A stretch of 18,290 nt of DNA from a bacterium (GTDB lineage: Bacteria; Zhuqueibacterota; Zhuqueibacteria; Oceanimicrobiales; Oceanimicrobiaceae), in contig JBHHYI010000086.1 in assembly GCA_046757525.1 (NCBI GenBank), positions 1-18,290 on the forward strand, in the 5' to 3' direction. Of this stretch, positions 1 through 10,777 are shown in pieces. Each line of letters starts with the position of its first letter. Position 1 is the stretch's first letter. The notes beneath the pieces are model-generated. The model searched no databases. It was not told where the DNA came from and saw only the letters and a program-made list of their open reading frames with translations. The position numbers were made by a program, and so were the translations under genes.

Positions 1-67
1 TTTTCGCTCTGGACGAGCGAAAATCTGTCTCCCTTCAAAGGGAGAATTGGCTGTGGAAAAAAACGCC

Positions 68-92
68 TCGCAATCGAGACGATTGCGTTACG
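68..92 (-). repeat. REP-like palindrome (GTAA-CGCAATCG-TCT-CGATTGCG on the minus strand)
   Basis: tcgcaatcgagacgattgcgttacg is the exact 25-nt reverse complement of 18138-18162 and contains an 8-bp hairpin with a 3-nt loop. Confidence 0.8.
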
Positions 93-139
93 AAGAGGAG
101 CGTTGCCTAAAAAAGTATCTGTAACCGGGAGTTAAACCT

Positions 140-2602
140 ATGCGAACGCGATTGTTATTTGTTGTATTCACTATTGGTGCGCTGTACCTCTCGGCGCAGG
201 CACAACAGCAGGTCAAGGGCGTGAGCATTCACCAGATCGAGTGGGAACAGCATAAGAACTTCGTGCAGACGGCCAAACTGCCGCGCTTTGTGGGTCAGCC
301 TGCGCCGTTCGCCTCCCAAACGGCAGCACCCAACCGGGAGATTTTTGGCTACTTGCCCTTTTGGGTCTTTGCCAATTTCCCCAATTTGAATTACGATCTT
401 TTGACCACCATCGCCTACTTTGGCGCGGATGTGGACGACCAGGGGAACTTAACCAATCTGCACGATTGGCCGGCAGCGGGACTGATCGACAAAGCTCACA
501 GCCTGGGGGTGCGCGTGGTTTTGACGGCGATCCTGTTCAATCCCAACGATATCGCTTCTTTGCTGAGCGACCCCAGTCGCAGAGCTAAACTGGTCAACAA
601 TCTCTTGACCCAGGTGCAGAATGCCAATGCAGATGGCGTCAACATCGACTTTGAAGGCGTGCCCTCGGGTCAGCGGGCGAACTTGACCACCTTCATGACC
701 GAATTGACCGACGCCTTTCACGGGACGCTGCCCGGTTCGTTTGTCACGATTTTCACCCCTGCGGTGGACTGGAATAATGTGTTCGATTATTTTTCTCTGG
801 CCCTGATCGCCGATGGCCTGGTCATGCAAGGCTACGACTACCACTGGAGCACAGCGCCTACCGCAGGTCCTGTGGCGCCCCTCACCGGCAACCGCTGGGG
901 ATTTCCGAACGTGTCCTGGACGGTAAACGATTATTTGACCAAAACCGTTTTCAACGCCTCTAAGCTGATTTTAGGCGTGCCTTTCTACGGGTTCGATTGG
1001 CCAACCCAAAGCGATGCTCTGGAAGCCAGCACCCTGGACGTGGGCCAGTCGATCTTTTATAGCGAAGCCTACCCCAACGCCATGCAATACGGTCGCCTGT
1101 GGGACTCGGAATCACAAACGCCCTGGTACAAATACAACGATGGACAATGGCACCAGGGCTGGTACGACGACAGTTTGAGCGTGGCCAGGAAGTTCGAGCT
1201 GGTCAACGACAAGGATTTGAAAGGGATTGGCATCTGGGCTTTGAGCTACGACGGCCAGCGCCAGGAGCTGCAGGGCGCTCTGTCCGATGCTTTCGGCTCC
1301 ACAGCGGCCCCTCTCAAACCTACCGCTTTTCGGATTCTCAACGTGGGCGGCGGTTCAATTCAAGTGGCGGGACAACCGGCGGCCGGGGCCACCGGCTACA
1401 AGCTCTACCGCAGCACCGACGGCGCGCATTTTGACCAGGGCACCGGTTTCCCCAATGCGGAAAGCGTTCTGAGCGATCTTTCCCTTGATTCTACCTATTA
1501 TTTCGAAATGTCCGCTGTGAACGGCAACGGCGAGAGCAACTTGACGGAGGTCCTGGCGGTGCGGCCAAGCAGGGCTGCGGTGCACCTCCTCATTGTGAAC
1601 GGATTTGACCGCACCATCGGCACCGTCAACACCTTCGACTTCATCAAGAGATTCGCACCGTCGGTGGTGAGAACGGGCCGTGCGTTTGATTCCTGCGCCA
1701 ACGAAGCCATCGAAAACGGCGATGTGGTGCTAACCGACTACAAAATCGTGCTCTGGATCTCCGGCGAAGAGGGCACTGCCACCCAGAGTTTCAGCGCGGC
1801 CGAGCAAACCCTGGTGGCTGCCTATTTGGAAAACGGCGGGAGTCTGTTCGTCTCCGGTTCTGAAATCGGCTTCGACCTGGTTGAAAAGGGCAGCAGCGGC
1901 GACAAGGATTTTTATCGTACTTACTTGAAAGCTGAGTATGTTCGGGACAAGGTCGGCACCCATGCCGCTTCGGGTACCGCCGCGGGCATTTTTGTCGACG
2001 CCACCGGCATCACTTTTGACGACGGCTTCCACGGCACCTACAACGTGGATTTTCCTGATGGCATCAAACCCATCGACGGTTCGGTTTTGAGCATGACCTA
2101 TGACGGCTTCAGCGCCACGACTTTCGGCGGTGCGGGCATTCAATACCAGGGCACCTTTGGCACGGGCACCGTGGCGGGGAAGCTGGTCTACCTGGGCTTT
2201 CCCTTTGAAACCATCTACCCGGAAAGCTCGCGCGATTTGGTCATGCAGGCGGTGTTGGAGTTTTTGCAGGGCACCGCGACCGGGGTGGCAGCTCCGCTTA
2301 TCGGCGGCTCAGCCCCCGAGAGCTTCGAACTGGCGCAAAACTACCCCAATCCCTTCAATCCTTCGACCACCATCGTGTTTCGGCTACGCAATGCTACACC
2401 CCTGCCAACGCGCTTGGAGATCTACAACCTGCTGGGGCAGAAGGTCGTCACCTTAGTCGATGAACCCAAATCAGCAGGGGATTACCAGATTCAATGGGAT
2501 GGCCGGGACAGCCGCGGGCAACCGGTGCCAACCGGAGTCTACGTTTACCGCCTGCAAGTGGGCGACCAGGCGCAGTTCAAAAGGATGACTTTGGTGAAGT
2601 AG
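140..2602 (+). CDS. Secreted GH18 glycoside hydrolase (chitinase/chitobiase-like) with FN3 domain, an alpha/beta domain and a C-terminal FlgD/T9SS-type sorting domain
   Basis: 820 aa ORF. N-terminal signal peptide. GH18 catalytic motif DGVNIDFE plus MQGYDYH and GIWALSYD. FN3-like segment (GYKLYRS...YYFEMSAVNGNGES). C-terminal ELAQNYPNPFNPSTTI...IYNLLGQKV...WDGRD...GVYVYRL. Confidence 0.88.
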   Translation: MRTRLLFVVFTIGALYLSAQAQQQVKGVSIHQIEWEQHKNFVQTAKLPRFVGQPAPFASQTAAPNREIFGYLPFWVFANFPNLNYDLLTTIAYFGADVDDQGNLTNLHDWPAAGLIDKAHSLGVRVVLTAILFNPNDIASLLSDPSRRAKLVNNLLTQVQNANADGVNIDFEGVPSGQRANLTTFMTELTDAFHGTLPGSFVTIFTPAVDWNNVFDYFSLALIADGLVMQGYDYHWSTAPTAGPVAPLTGNRWGFPNVSWTVNDYLTKTVFNASKLILGVPFYGFDWPTQSDALEASTLDVGQSIFYSEAYPNAMQYGRLWDSESQTPWYKYNDGQWHQGWYDDSLSVARKFELVNDKDLKGIGIWALSYDGQRQELQGALSDAFGSTAAPLKPTAFRILNVGGGSIQVAGQPAAGATGYKLYRSTDGAHFDQGTGFPNAESVLSDLSLDSTYYFEMSAVNGNGESNLTEVLAVRPSRAAVHLLIVNGFDRTIGTVNTFDFIKRFAPSVVRTGRAFDSCANEAIENGDVVLTDYKIVLWISGEEGTATQSFSAAEQTLVAAYLENGGSLFVSGSEIGFDLVEKGSSGDKDFYRTYLKAEYVRDKVGTHAASGTAAGIFVDATGITFDDGFHGTYNVDFPDGIKPIDGSVLSMTYDGFSATTFGGAGIQYQGTFGTGTVAGKLVYLGFPFETIYPESSRDLVMQAVLEFLQGTATGVAAPLIGGSAPESFELAQNYPNPFNPSTTIVFRLRNATPLPTRLEIYNLLGQKVVTLVDEPKSAGDYQIQWDGRDSRGQPVPTGVYVYRLQVGDQAQFKRMTLVK

Positions 2603-3401
2603 GCTTGGTGCCGTAAACCGTCACGCTGTACAGGCCCGTTTCAGAAGTTCCATATTCTTGAATCTCATCCGTAGTCAGGTATTTGGATAGAATTGTGTCG
2701 TCGAGTTCAATTCTTTTCTCTTGTTTCACAGCAACGTCGCTAAACCCGGCTTTGCGAATGATATTCAGGTATTCCTCTTTTGGCAAGGCCCCGGCCACAC
2801 AACCGGCGTACAGTTCGGCGTTTTCTCTCAGTCTTGCTGGCAATTTACCGACCGTCACGATATCTGAAATGCAGAAATGGCCGCCGGGTTTCAAGGTCCT
2901 GTAAATTTCACTGAAGGCCTTCTCCTTGTCCGGCACCAAATTGAGAACGCAGTTGCTGATCACCACGTCTATTTCACCCGCGCTCACCGGCAGGTTCTCG
3001 ATTTCGCCCAGACGGAACTCCACGTTGCGGTAGCCCAATTTGGCAAGATTCTCATTTGCTTTCACATGCATCTCAGGGGTCATATCCACACCGATTACTT
3101 TGCCGCTTTCTCCTACCATTGCTCTGGCCACAAAAACATCGTTGCCTGCCCCGGATCCCAGGTCGAGTACCGTATCCCCTTCTTTGAAGTTGGCAAGCTC
3201 GGTCGGTAGGCCACAGCCAAGTCTCAGATCAGCGTCGGCGTCGTATCCTGCCAGCGCAGAATAATCTTCGCTCAGGTCGGTGAAATCGCTGTCTGCGCAC
3301 CCACAGGAGCAGCCGGAATCGTTTTTTGTGGCAGAGGACTTGCGGGCAATTTCTCCATACTTTGCTTTTACGACTTGTTTAACCCGCTCTGCTGTTGGCA
3401 T
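2577..3401 (-). CDS. arsM: Arsenite S-adenosylmethionine methyltransferase
   Basis: SAM-binding motif VLDLGSGAGND. ArsM cysteine motifs GCSCGC, LGCGLP, ISNCVLNL and YAGCVAGA. AAGGAGG RBS upstream. Lies downstream of an ArsR gene. Confidence 0.92.
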   Translation of the reverse strand: MPTAERVKQVVKAKYGEIARKSSATKNDSGCSCGCADSDFTDLSEDYSALAGYDADADLRLGCGLPTELANFKEGDTVLDLGSGAGNDVFVARAMVGESGKVIGVDMTPEMHVKANENLAKLGYRNVEFRLGEIENLPVSAGEIDVVISNCVLNLVPDKEKAFSEIYRTLKPGGHFCISDIVTVGKLPARLRENAELYAGCVAGALPKEEYLNIIRKAGFSDVAVKQEKRIELDDTILSKYLTTDEIQEYGTSETGLYSVTVYGTKPTSPKSSF

Positions 3402-3450
3402 GGTTGGTCCTCCTTTTCAGTTAATGTGTGACCGAACACTCCGTCTCGCT

Positions 3451-3517
3451 GTCATTCCCGTGGAAAGGGAATCTATAAGCTACTGTTTTTACTGGATTCC
3501 TGCTCCGCAGGAATGAC
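3451..3517. repeat. Double-hairpin palindromic repeat (GTCATTCC...GGAATGAC, dRS3/REP-like)
   Basis: Terminal inverted repeat gtcattcc / ggaatgac enclosing two hairpins: attccc-gtggaaa-gggaat and attcctgc-tcc-gcaggaat. Confidence 0.75.
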
Positions 3518-3544
3518 CTATTTGAGTTTTCGGTTAATCACTGA

Positions 3545-3883
3545 TTAAGACGCACCACTTTGCAACGCATCTCGCCGCAGGTCTGCAAGGAATTTGGCGA
3601 CCAATTCGACATAATTGTTCAGCCTGGTCCAGTTAATGCAATAACAGGATTTAGGTCCTTCAATGGCGCCTTGTATTACACCGATTTTCTTGAGCTCTTG
3701 CAGGTGTTGCGAGACGGTGGATTGTGCCAGGGGTAAGAGGTCTACGATCTCCCCGCAGACGCAGGTGTCTCGCTCGGCCAGCGTTCTCAGAATGGCAATG
3801 CGGGCTGGATGAGCCAACGCCCTGGCAAACTCCGCTAATTGAATACTCACTTGGTCGAATTGTTCTGTCTTGGCCTGCGCCAT
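3545..3883 (-). CDS. arsR: ArsR/SmtB family metalloregulator
   Basis: ALAHPARIAIL...TCVCGEIVDLLPLAQSTVSQHL HTH with CVC and SCYC cysteines. The ATG at 3883 is preferred over the GTG at 3889 because GGAG lies 8 nt upstream of it. Confidence 0.9.
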   Translation of the reverse strand: MAQAKTEQFDQVSIQLAEFARALAHPARIAILRTLAERDTCVCGEIVDLLPLAQSTVSQHLQELKKIGVIQGAIEGPKSCYCINWTRLNNYVELVAKFLADLRRDALQSGAS

Positions 3884-3906
3884 TCGCACATCTCCAGTAT
3901 TGTTTT

Positions 3907-3922
3907 ATCGTAAATATACGAT
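3907..3922. promoter_or_regulatory. Putative ArsR operator palindrome
   Basis: Perfect inverted repeat ATCGTA-AATA-TACGAT overlapping the -10 box of the arsR promoter. Confidence 0.75.
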
Positions 3923-3941
3923 GAATATTTCAAATAGTCAA
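3913..3941 (-). promoter_or_regulatory. Sigma70-type promoter of arsR-arsM
   Basis: Minus strand TTGACT (3941-3936), 17-nt spacer, TATATT (3918-3913). Confidence 0.75.
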
Positions 3942-4179
3942 CTGTTTTTTGCCACCTGGTAGTTCTTTTGCAAGCAACACCGCAAGGAAAGCGTAACCAT
4001 AACCCCAATCCAGGAATTCGCTGATTGCGCAAATGTAAGCCAGGGGCAGCGCCCGGTCGGCGTGATGGCTTCAGTCACTTCGGCGGCCGCCCTGGTCTGG
4101 TCTTTTTTTCTTGGATTCCAGGCAAAAGTTTTGTTTATTAGAAGCAATTCAGTGACTGACTCTAATAGACCATATCGAA

Positions 4180-4809
4180 ATGGAGATCATCTACGTCGCA
4201 GACCCCATGTGTTCCTGGTGTTGGGGCTTCGCACCGGTTCTGGACGCCCTGCGGGAAAAATACCAGGAACAATTCGACTTTCGCATGGTTTTGGGCGGAT
4301 TGCGACCGGGGCCAGCCGCTGTACGTCTGGACGATGCTGCGAAAGCCGACATCGAACATCACTGGCGCAGTGTGCACGAGATGACGCAGCAGCCGTTCGA
4401 CTTCACCTTTTTCGAGCGTGACGGCTTTGTGTACGACACCGAACCCGCCTGCCGGGCGGTGGTCGCCATGCGAGAGCTTAGCCCGGCGCACGAGTACCCT
4501 TTCTTTAAGCGGTTGCAACAGGCGTTTTATGCGCAAAATGTGGACATTACCCGAATGGAGCAATTGGTGTCTCTGGCCAAACAGTTTGATTTGGAGGAAT
4601 CTGCATTTTCTGACAGGCTTGCTTCCGACGCCATCCTCGAAGCAACCCGGCTGGATTTTTTGGAAGCCAGGCAGTTAGGGGTGCGAGGATTCCCCACCTT
4701 GCTGTTGCGCATCGAAAAGACCGGTTATTTTTTGTCCCACGGCTACCAAACGTTCAACCAGATAGACCTCCGAATGCAAGAGGTTCTCACACAAGAAAAG
4801 ATTTCCTGA
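4180..4809 (+). CDS. DsbA-family (FrnE-like) thioredoxin-fold protein
   Basis: YVADPMCSWCWGFAP CxxC motif, YDTEPACRA, and the GVRGFPTLL cis-Pro loop. No signal peptide. Confidence 0.88.
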   Translation: MEIIYVADPMCSWCWGFAPVLDALREKYQEQFDFRMVLGGLRPGPAAVRLDDAAKADIEHHWRSVHEMTQQPFDFTFFERDGFVYDTEPACRAVVAMRELSPAHEYPFFKRLQQAFYAQNVDITRMEQLVSLAKQFDLEESAFSDRLASDAILEATRLDFLEARQLGVRGFPTLLLRIEKTGYFLSHGYQTFNQIDLRMQEVLTQEKIS

Positions 4810-4885
4810 AAAATAGCACCTTGTGGTTATATTAGTTGAAGTGCGACAGAGGAGGAAGCCAGCGCTGTTGTTGCTTTAATTTAGT

Positions 4886-4914
4886 TTGAAGGTTGCGAGA
4901 ATAATTGTTATATT
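4886..4914 (+). promoter_or_regulatory. Candidate sigma70 promoter for metH
   Basis: TTGAAG, 17-nt spacer, TATATT, with an extended -10 TG at 4906-4907. Confidence 0.5.
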
Positions 4915-4960
4915 GTAAGGTTTTTCGGGAAGAACATTAGTTTCAAATGGCTTTGTTTGC

Positions 4961-5012
4961 ATCCGTGTTTAATCTGTGTCAATCCGAGGTTAATAAATTG
5001 CGGCTTCGCCGC
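4961..5012. repeat. Short degenerate tandem repeat plus small hairpin
   Basis: atccgtgttta / atctgtgtca / atccgaggtt (3 units of about 10 nt), followed by gcggc-ttc-gccgc at 5000-5012. Confidence 0.45.
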
Positions 5013-5064
5013 GCTAAGAATTATTTAGCTTAGAACGGTTCAGCTTTTCTTAGAAAAACAGCAA

Positions 5065-8748
<3,684 letters not shown>

Positions 8749-8782
8749 CCACGACTCCCTGCGTGTCCGGACGTTTTCTTGA

Positions 8783-8880
8783 GGATGTATCGAAGGGCGA
8801 CGGTCCGGCGCCCCTTCGTCGGGCTCAGGACGATGCCTTCGATGTGGTCCCTCGAACAGCAGTGACCGACTCAGGGTGAC
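8783..8880. repeat. Cluster of GTC(A/G)(C/T)CCTGAG...CGAAGG-type palindromic repeats
   Basis: 8787-8802 gtatcgaagggcgacg is identical to 18269-18284. The reverse complement of 8809-8833 begins tcgtcctgag, as at 18232. A third inverted copy ends in ctcagggtgac at 8880. Confidence 0.7.
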
Positions 8881-8945
8881 TCCGAAGAGGTTCCTTCGCG
8901 ACCAGCGCCGGGAAGGTAAGCTTCTTCAAGCGGGTTGAAGAGCCT

Positions 8946-8972
8946 GTAGGGCAAACGTCTCGTTTGCCCTAC
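8946..8972. repeat. GTAG-type REP palindrome
   Basis: Perfect 12-bp hairpin GTAGGGCAAACG-TCT-CGTTTGCCCTAC. Confidence 0.8.
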
Positions 8973-9163
8973 GTGGACCGATTTTTCGCTCAGCCGAGTC
9001 ACCGGGTTCCCATTGCTTGTCCCTGTCAAACCGATTCCCCGCAAGTTTGGATCCGACGATACCATTACAAATTTTCTCCTGCGGGATTGATTCCATTCTT
9101 AAATTTGTTATTGATATTTGGGTGAATGTTGGTTCTTACAATAATTTAACATTTGTCAATCCA

Positions 9164-9841
9164 ATGATGAATGAATATTGCCTCTGGTCAAAATCCAAGC
9201 TGTTTGAAGATCTGCCAAAAGTAGACGTGCAAGAAATCATTTCATACTCCCGCGACTTAGCTTTTTCGAAGAATCAGTTTATTTACCTCATGGGCACACG
9301 GGCCAACGCGATTTTCTTGCTTAAGAAAGGACGCGTCAAAATCTCCGTGCTCAACAACGATGGCAAGGAAAAAATCATCGACATTTTTCATCCTGGTGAG
9401 TCCTTTGGGGAGTTTTCTGTTCACGGCGGTCATCGTTATGAGACCGAAGCCATGGCGCTGGAAAACGTACGGGTCTACAAGTTGGATCATCGCATATTTA
9501 TTGACCTGCTCAGACAAAAACCACAATTTGCTCTGAACTGCATCAACCTTTTGAATGATCGGCTCATCGAAGCGCGCACCGAGATCGAGGAATTGAGTTA
9601 CAAAAGCGCACATAAGCGCCTGACCAGAATTCTGCTCAAATTGGCGCAAAAATATGGCAAATCCGACGGCGACCATATCCAACGCATCTTGAAGATTTCC
9701 CACGAACACTTGGCTGAAATGACCGGTTCAAACCGGTCGTACATCTCGAGCTTTATGAGTGAATTCAAAAAAAATGGCATCATTTCTTACAATGCCCGCT
9801 ACCTGGTCATTCATACTAATCTCTTAGAAACCTACCTGTGA
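9164..9841 (+). CDS. Crp/Fnr family transcriptional regulator
   Basis: cNMP-like domain (IFLLKKGRVKI...DGKEKII...PGESFGE) and C-terminal HTH (ISHEHLAEMTGSNRSYIS). The ATG at 9164 (or 9167) gives a typical length of about 225 aa. No FNR-type Cys cluster. Confidence 0.9.
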   Translation: MMNEYCLWSKSKLFEDLPKVDVQEIISYSRDLAFSKNQFIYLMGTRANAIFLLKKGRVKISVLNNDGKEKIIDIFHPGESFGEFSVHGGHRYETEAMALENVRVYKLDHRIFIDLLRQKPQFALNCINLLNDRLIEARTEIEELSYKSAHKRLTRILLKLAQKYGKSDGDHIQRILKISHEHLAEMTGSNRSYISSFMSEFKKNGIISYNARYLVIHTNLLETYL

Positions 9842-9843
9842 CC
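9810..9843 (+). repeat. Direct repeat copy 1 (3' end of crp gene)
   Basis: ttcatactaatctcttagaaacctacctgtgacc matches 11855-11888 at 31/34 positions, with a 20-nt exact core. Confidence 0.9.
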
Positions 9844-10066
9844 CTGAATCTCAAATAGCCATGGTCGGCATGTGGTTGCTTAAAGATTGCGCACCGTAGC
9901 ATTCCGAGTAACGATTGGCTATGCAAGATCGCTCGTCGAGGACCCTCGTTGACAGTAAGGAATAAAACCATGGTTCTGTCATGTTTCAGCGACAAGGAAT
10001 GCCCCGGATATGCGTCTTCTGGGCAAGTTCAATCGGGTTGGTAAAGCCCAAAAGGAGGGGAATGAA

Positions 10067-10765
10067 ATGTTTCGGTATGTACCAGGCTTGATACTCATTC
10101 TTGCTATTGTTGGAATAGGCGTAAAAATGACCCATTCCGGAGGGTCCCCGATGGCAGTGCAGGGCCATGTTGTGTTCAAGGGCACTCCGCCTGCGGCTAA
10201 AGTGGTAGAAGTGACCCAGGACCGAGAAGTTTGTGGTCGCACCAACAGCATTCAAAGAGTAGAAGTGCAGGGTGACGGCTTGAAAAATGCCGTGGTCAAA
10301 CTCGTCGGCGTTAAAAATGCAACGGCTGAACCGACTTTCCCCGAGGCCGTGCTAATTCAAAAGGGTTGTTCTTACCATCCCCATGTGCTGCTGATGGCCC
10401 CGGGTCAACTCACCATCACAAACAGCGATGGCATTTTACACAACGTTCACCTCTACCCGAAGGTCAACCAGCCGCAAAACAAAGCGATGCCTCGATTTTT
10501 GCGAAAAATTAAAATCACCATTGACAAGCCGGATATCATCTCAGTTCGTTGTGATGTCCACGGCTGGATGAGTGCTGTCATTGTTGTGGCCGAGCATCCC
10601 TTTTACGCCCTTACTGACTCTTTGGGAAACTTTAGAATCGAAAATGTACCTGCGGGGGAATATACCGTAGAGGTTTGGCATGAAACTCTCGGCGAGCTAA
10701 GCGGTACAGTAAAAGTTCAATCCAGGCGAGAAGCCAGGGTTGAGCTGATTTATTCACCCAAATAA
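10067..10765 (+). CDS. Exported or membrane-anchored cupredoxin-like protein with carboxypeptidase regulatory-like domain
   Basis: AAAGGAGG RBS before the ATG at 10067. Hydrophobic N-terminus. QKGCSYHPH, NSDGILHNVH and CDVHGWM (candidate type-1 Cu ligands). TDSLGNFRIENVPAGEYTVEVWHE CarboxypepD_reg-like strand pattern. Confidence 0.8.
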   Translation: MFRYVPGLILILAIVGIGVKMTHSGGSPMAVQGHVVFKGTPPAAKVVEVTQDREVCGRTNSIQRVEVQGDGLKNAVVKLVGVKNATAEPTFPEAVLIQKGCSYHPHVLLMAPGQLTITNSDGILHNVHLYPKVNQPQNKAMPRFLRKIKITIDKPDIISVRCDVHGWMSAVIVVAEHPFYALTDSLGNFRIENVPAGEYTVEVWHETLGELSGTVKVQSRREARVELIYSPK

Positions 10766-10777
10766 GGAGATGTAGTC

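Noticed and set aside
95..106. GAGGAGCGTTGC resembling the 5' strand of an SAH riboswitch
   Set aside because: The downstream CCAGGCTC and AACGGCGCTC pairing elements are missing, and the downstream gene is a glycoside hydrolase.
4810..5064. SAM, SAH or cobalamin riboswitch upstream of metH
   Set aside because: No recognisable conserved core motifs of those classes.
8749..9010. CRISPR array
   Set aside because: Repeats are degenerate, in mixed orientation and irregularly spaced, and no cas genes are present.
9017..9163. Upstream extensions of the Crp ORF (also 10010, 12430, 14248 and 17122 starts)
   Set aside because: Downstream ATGs match family-typical N-termini or have good RBSs.
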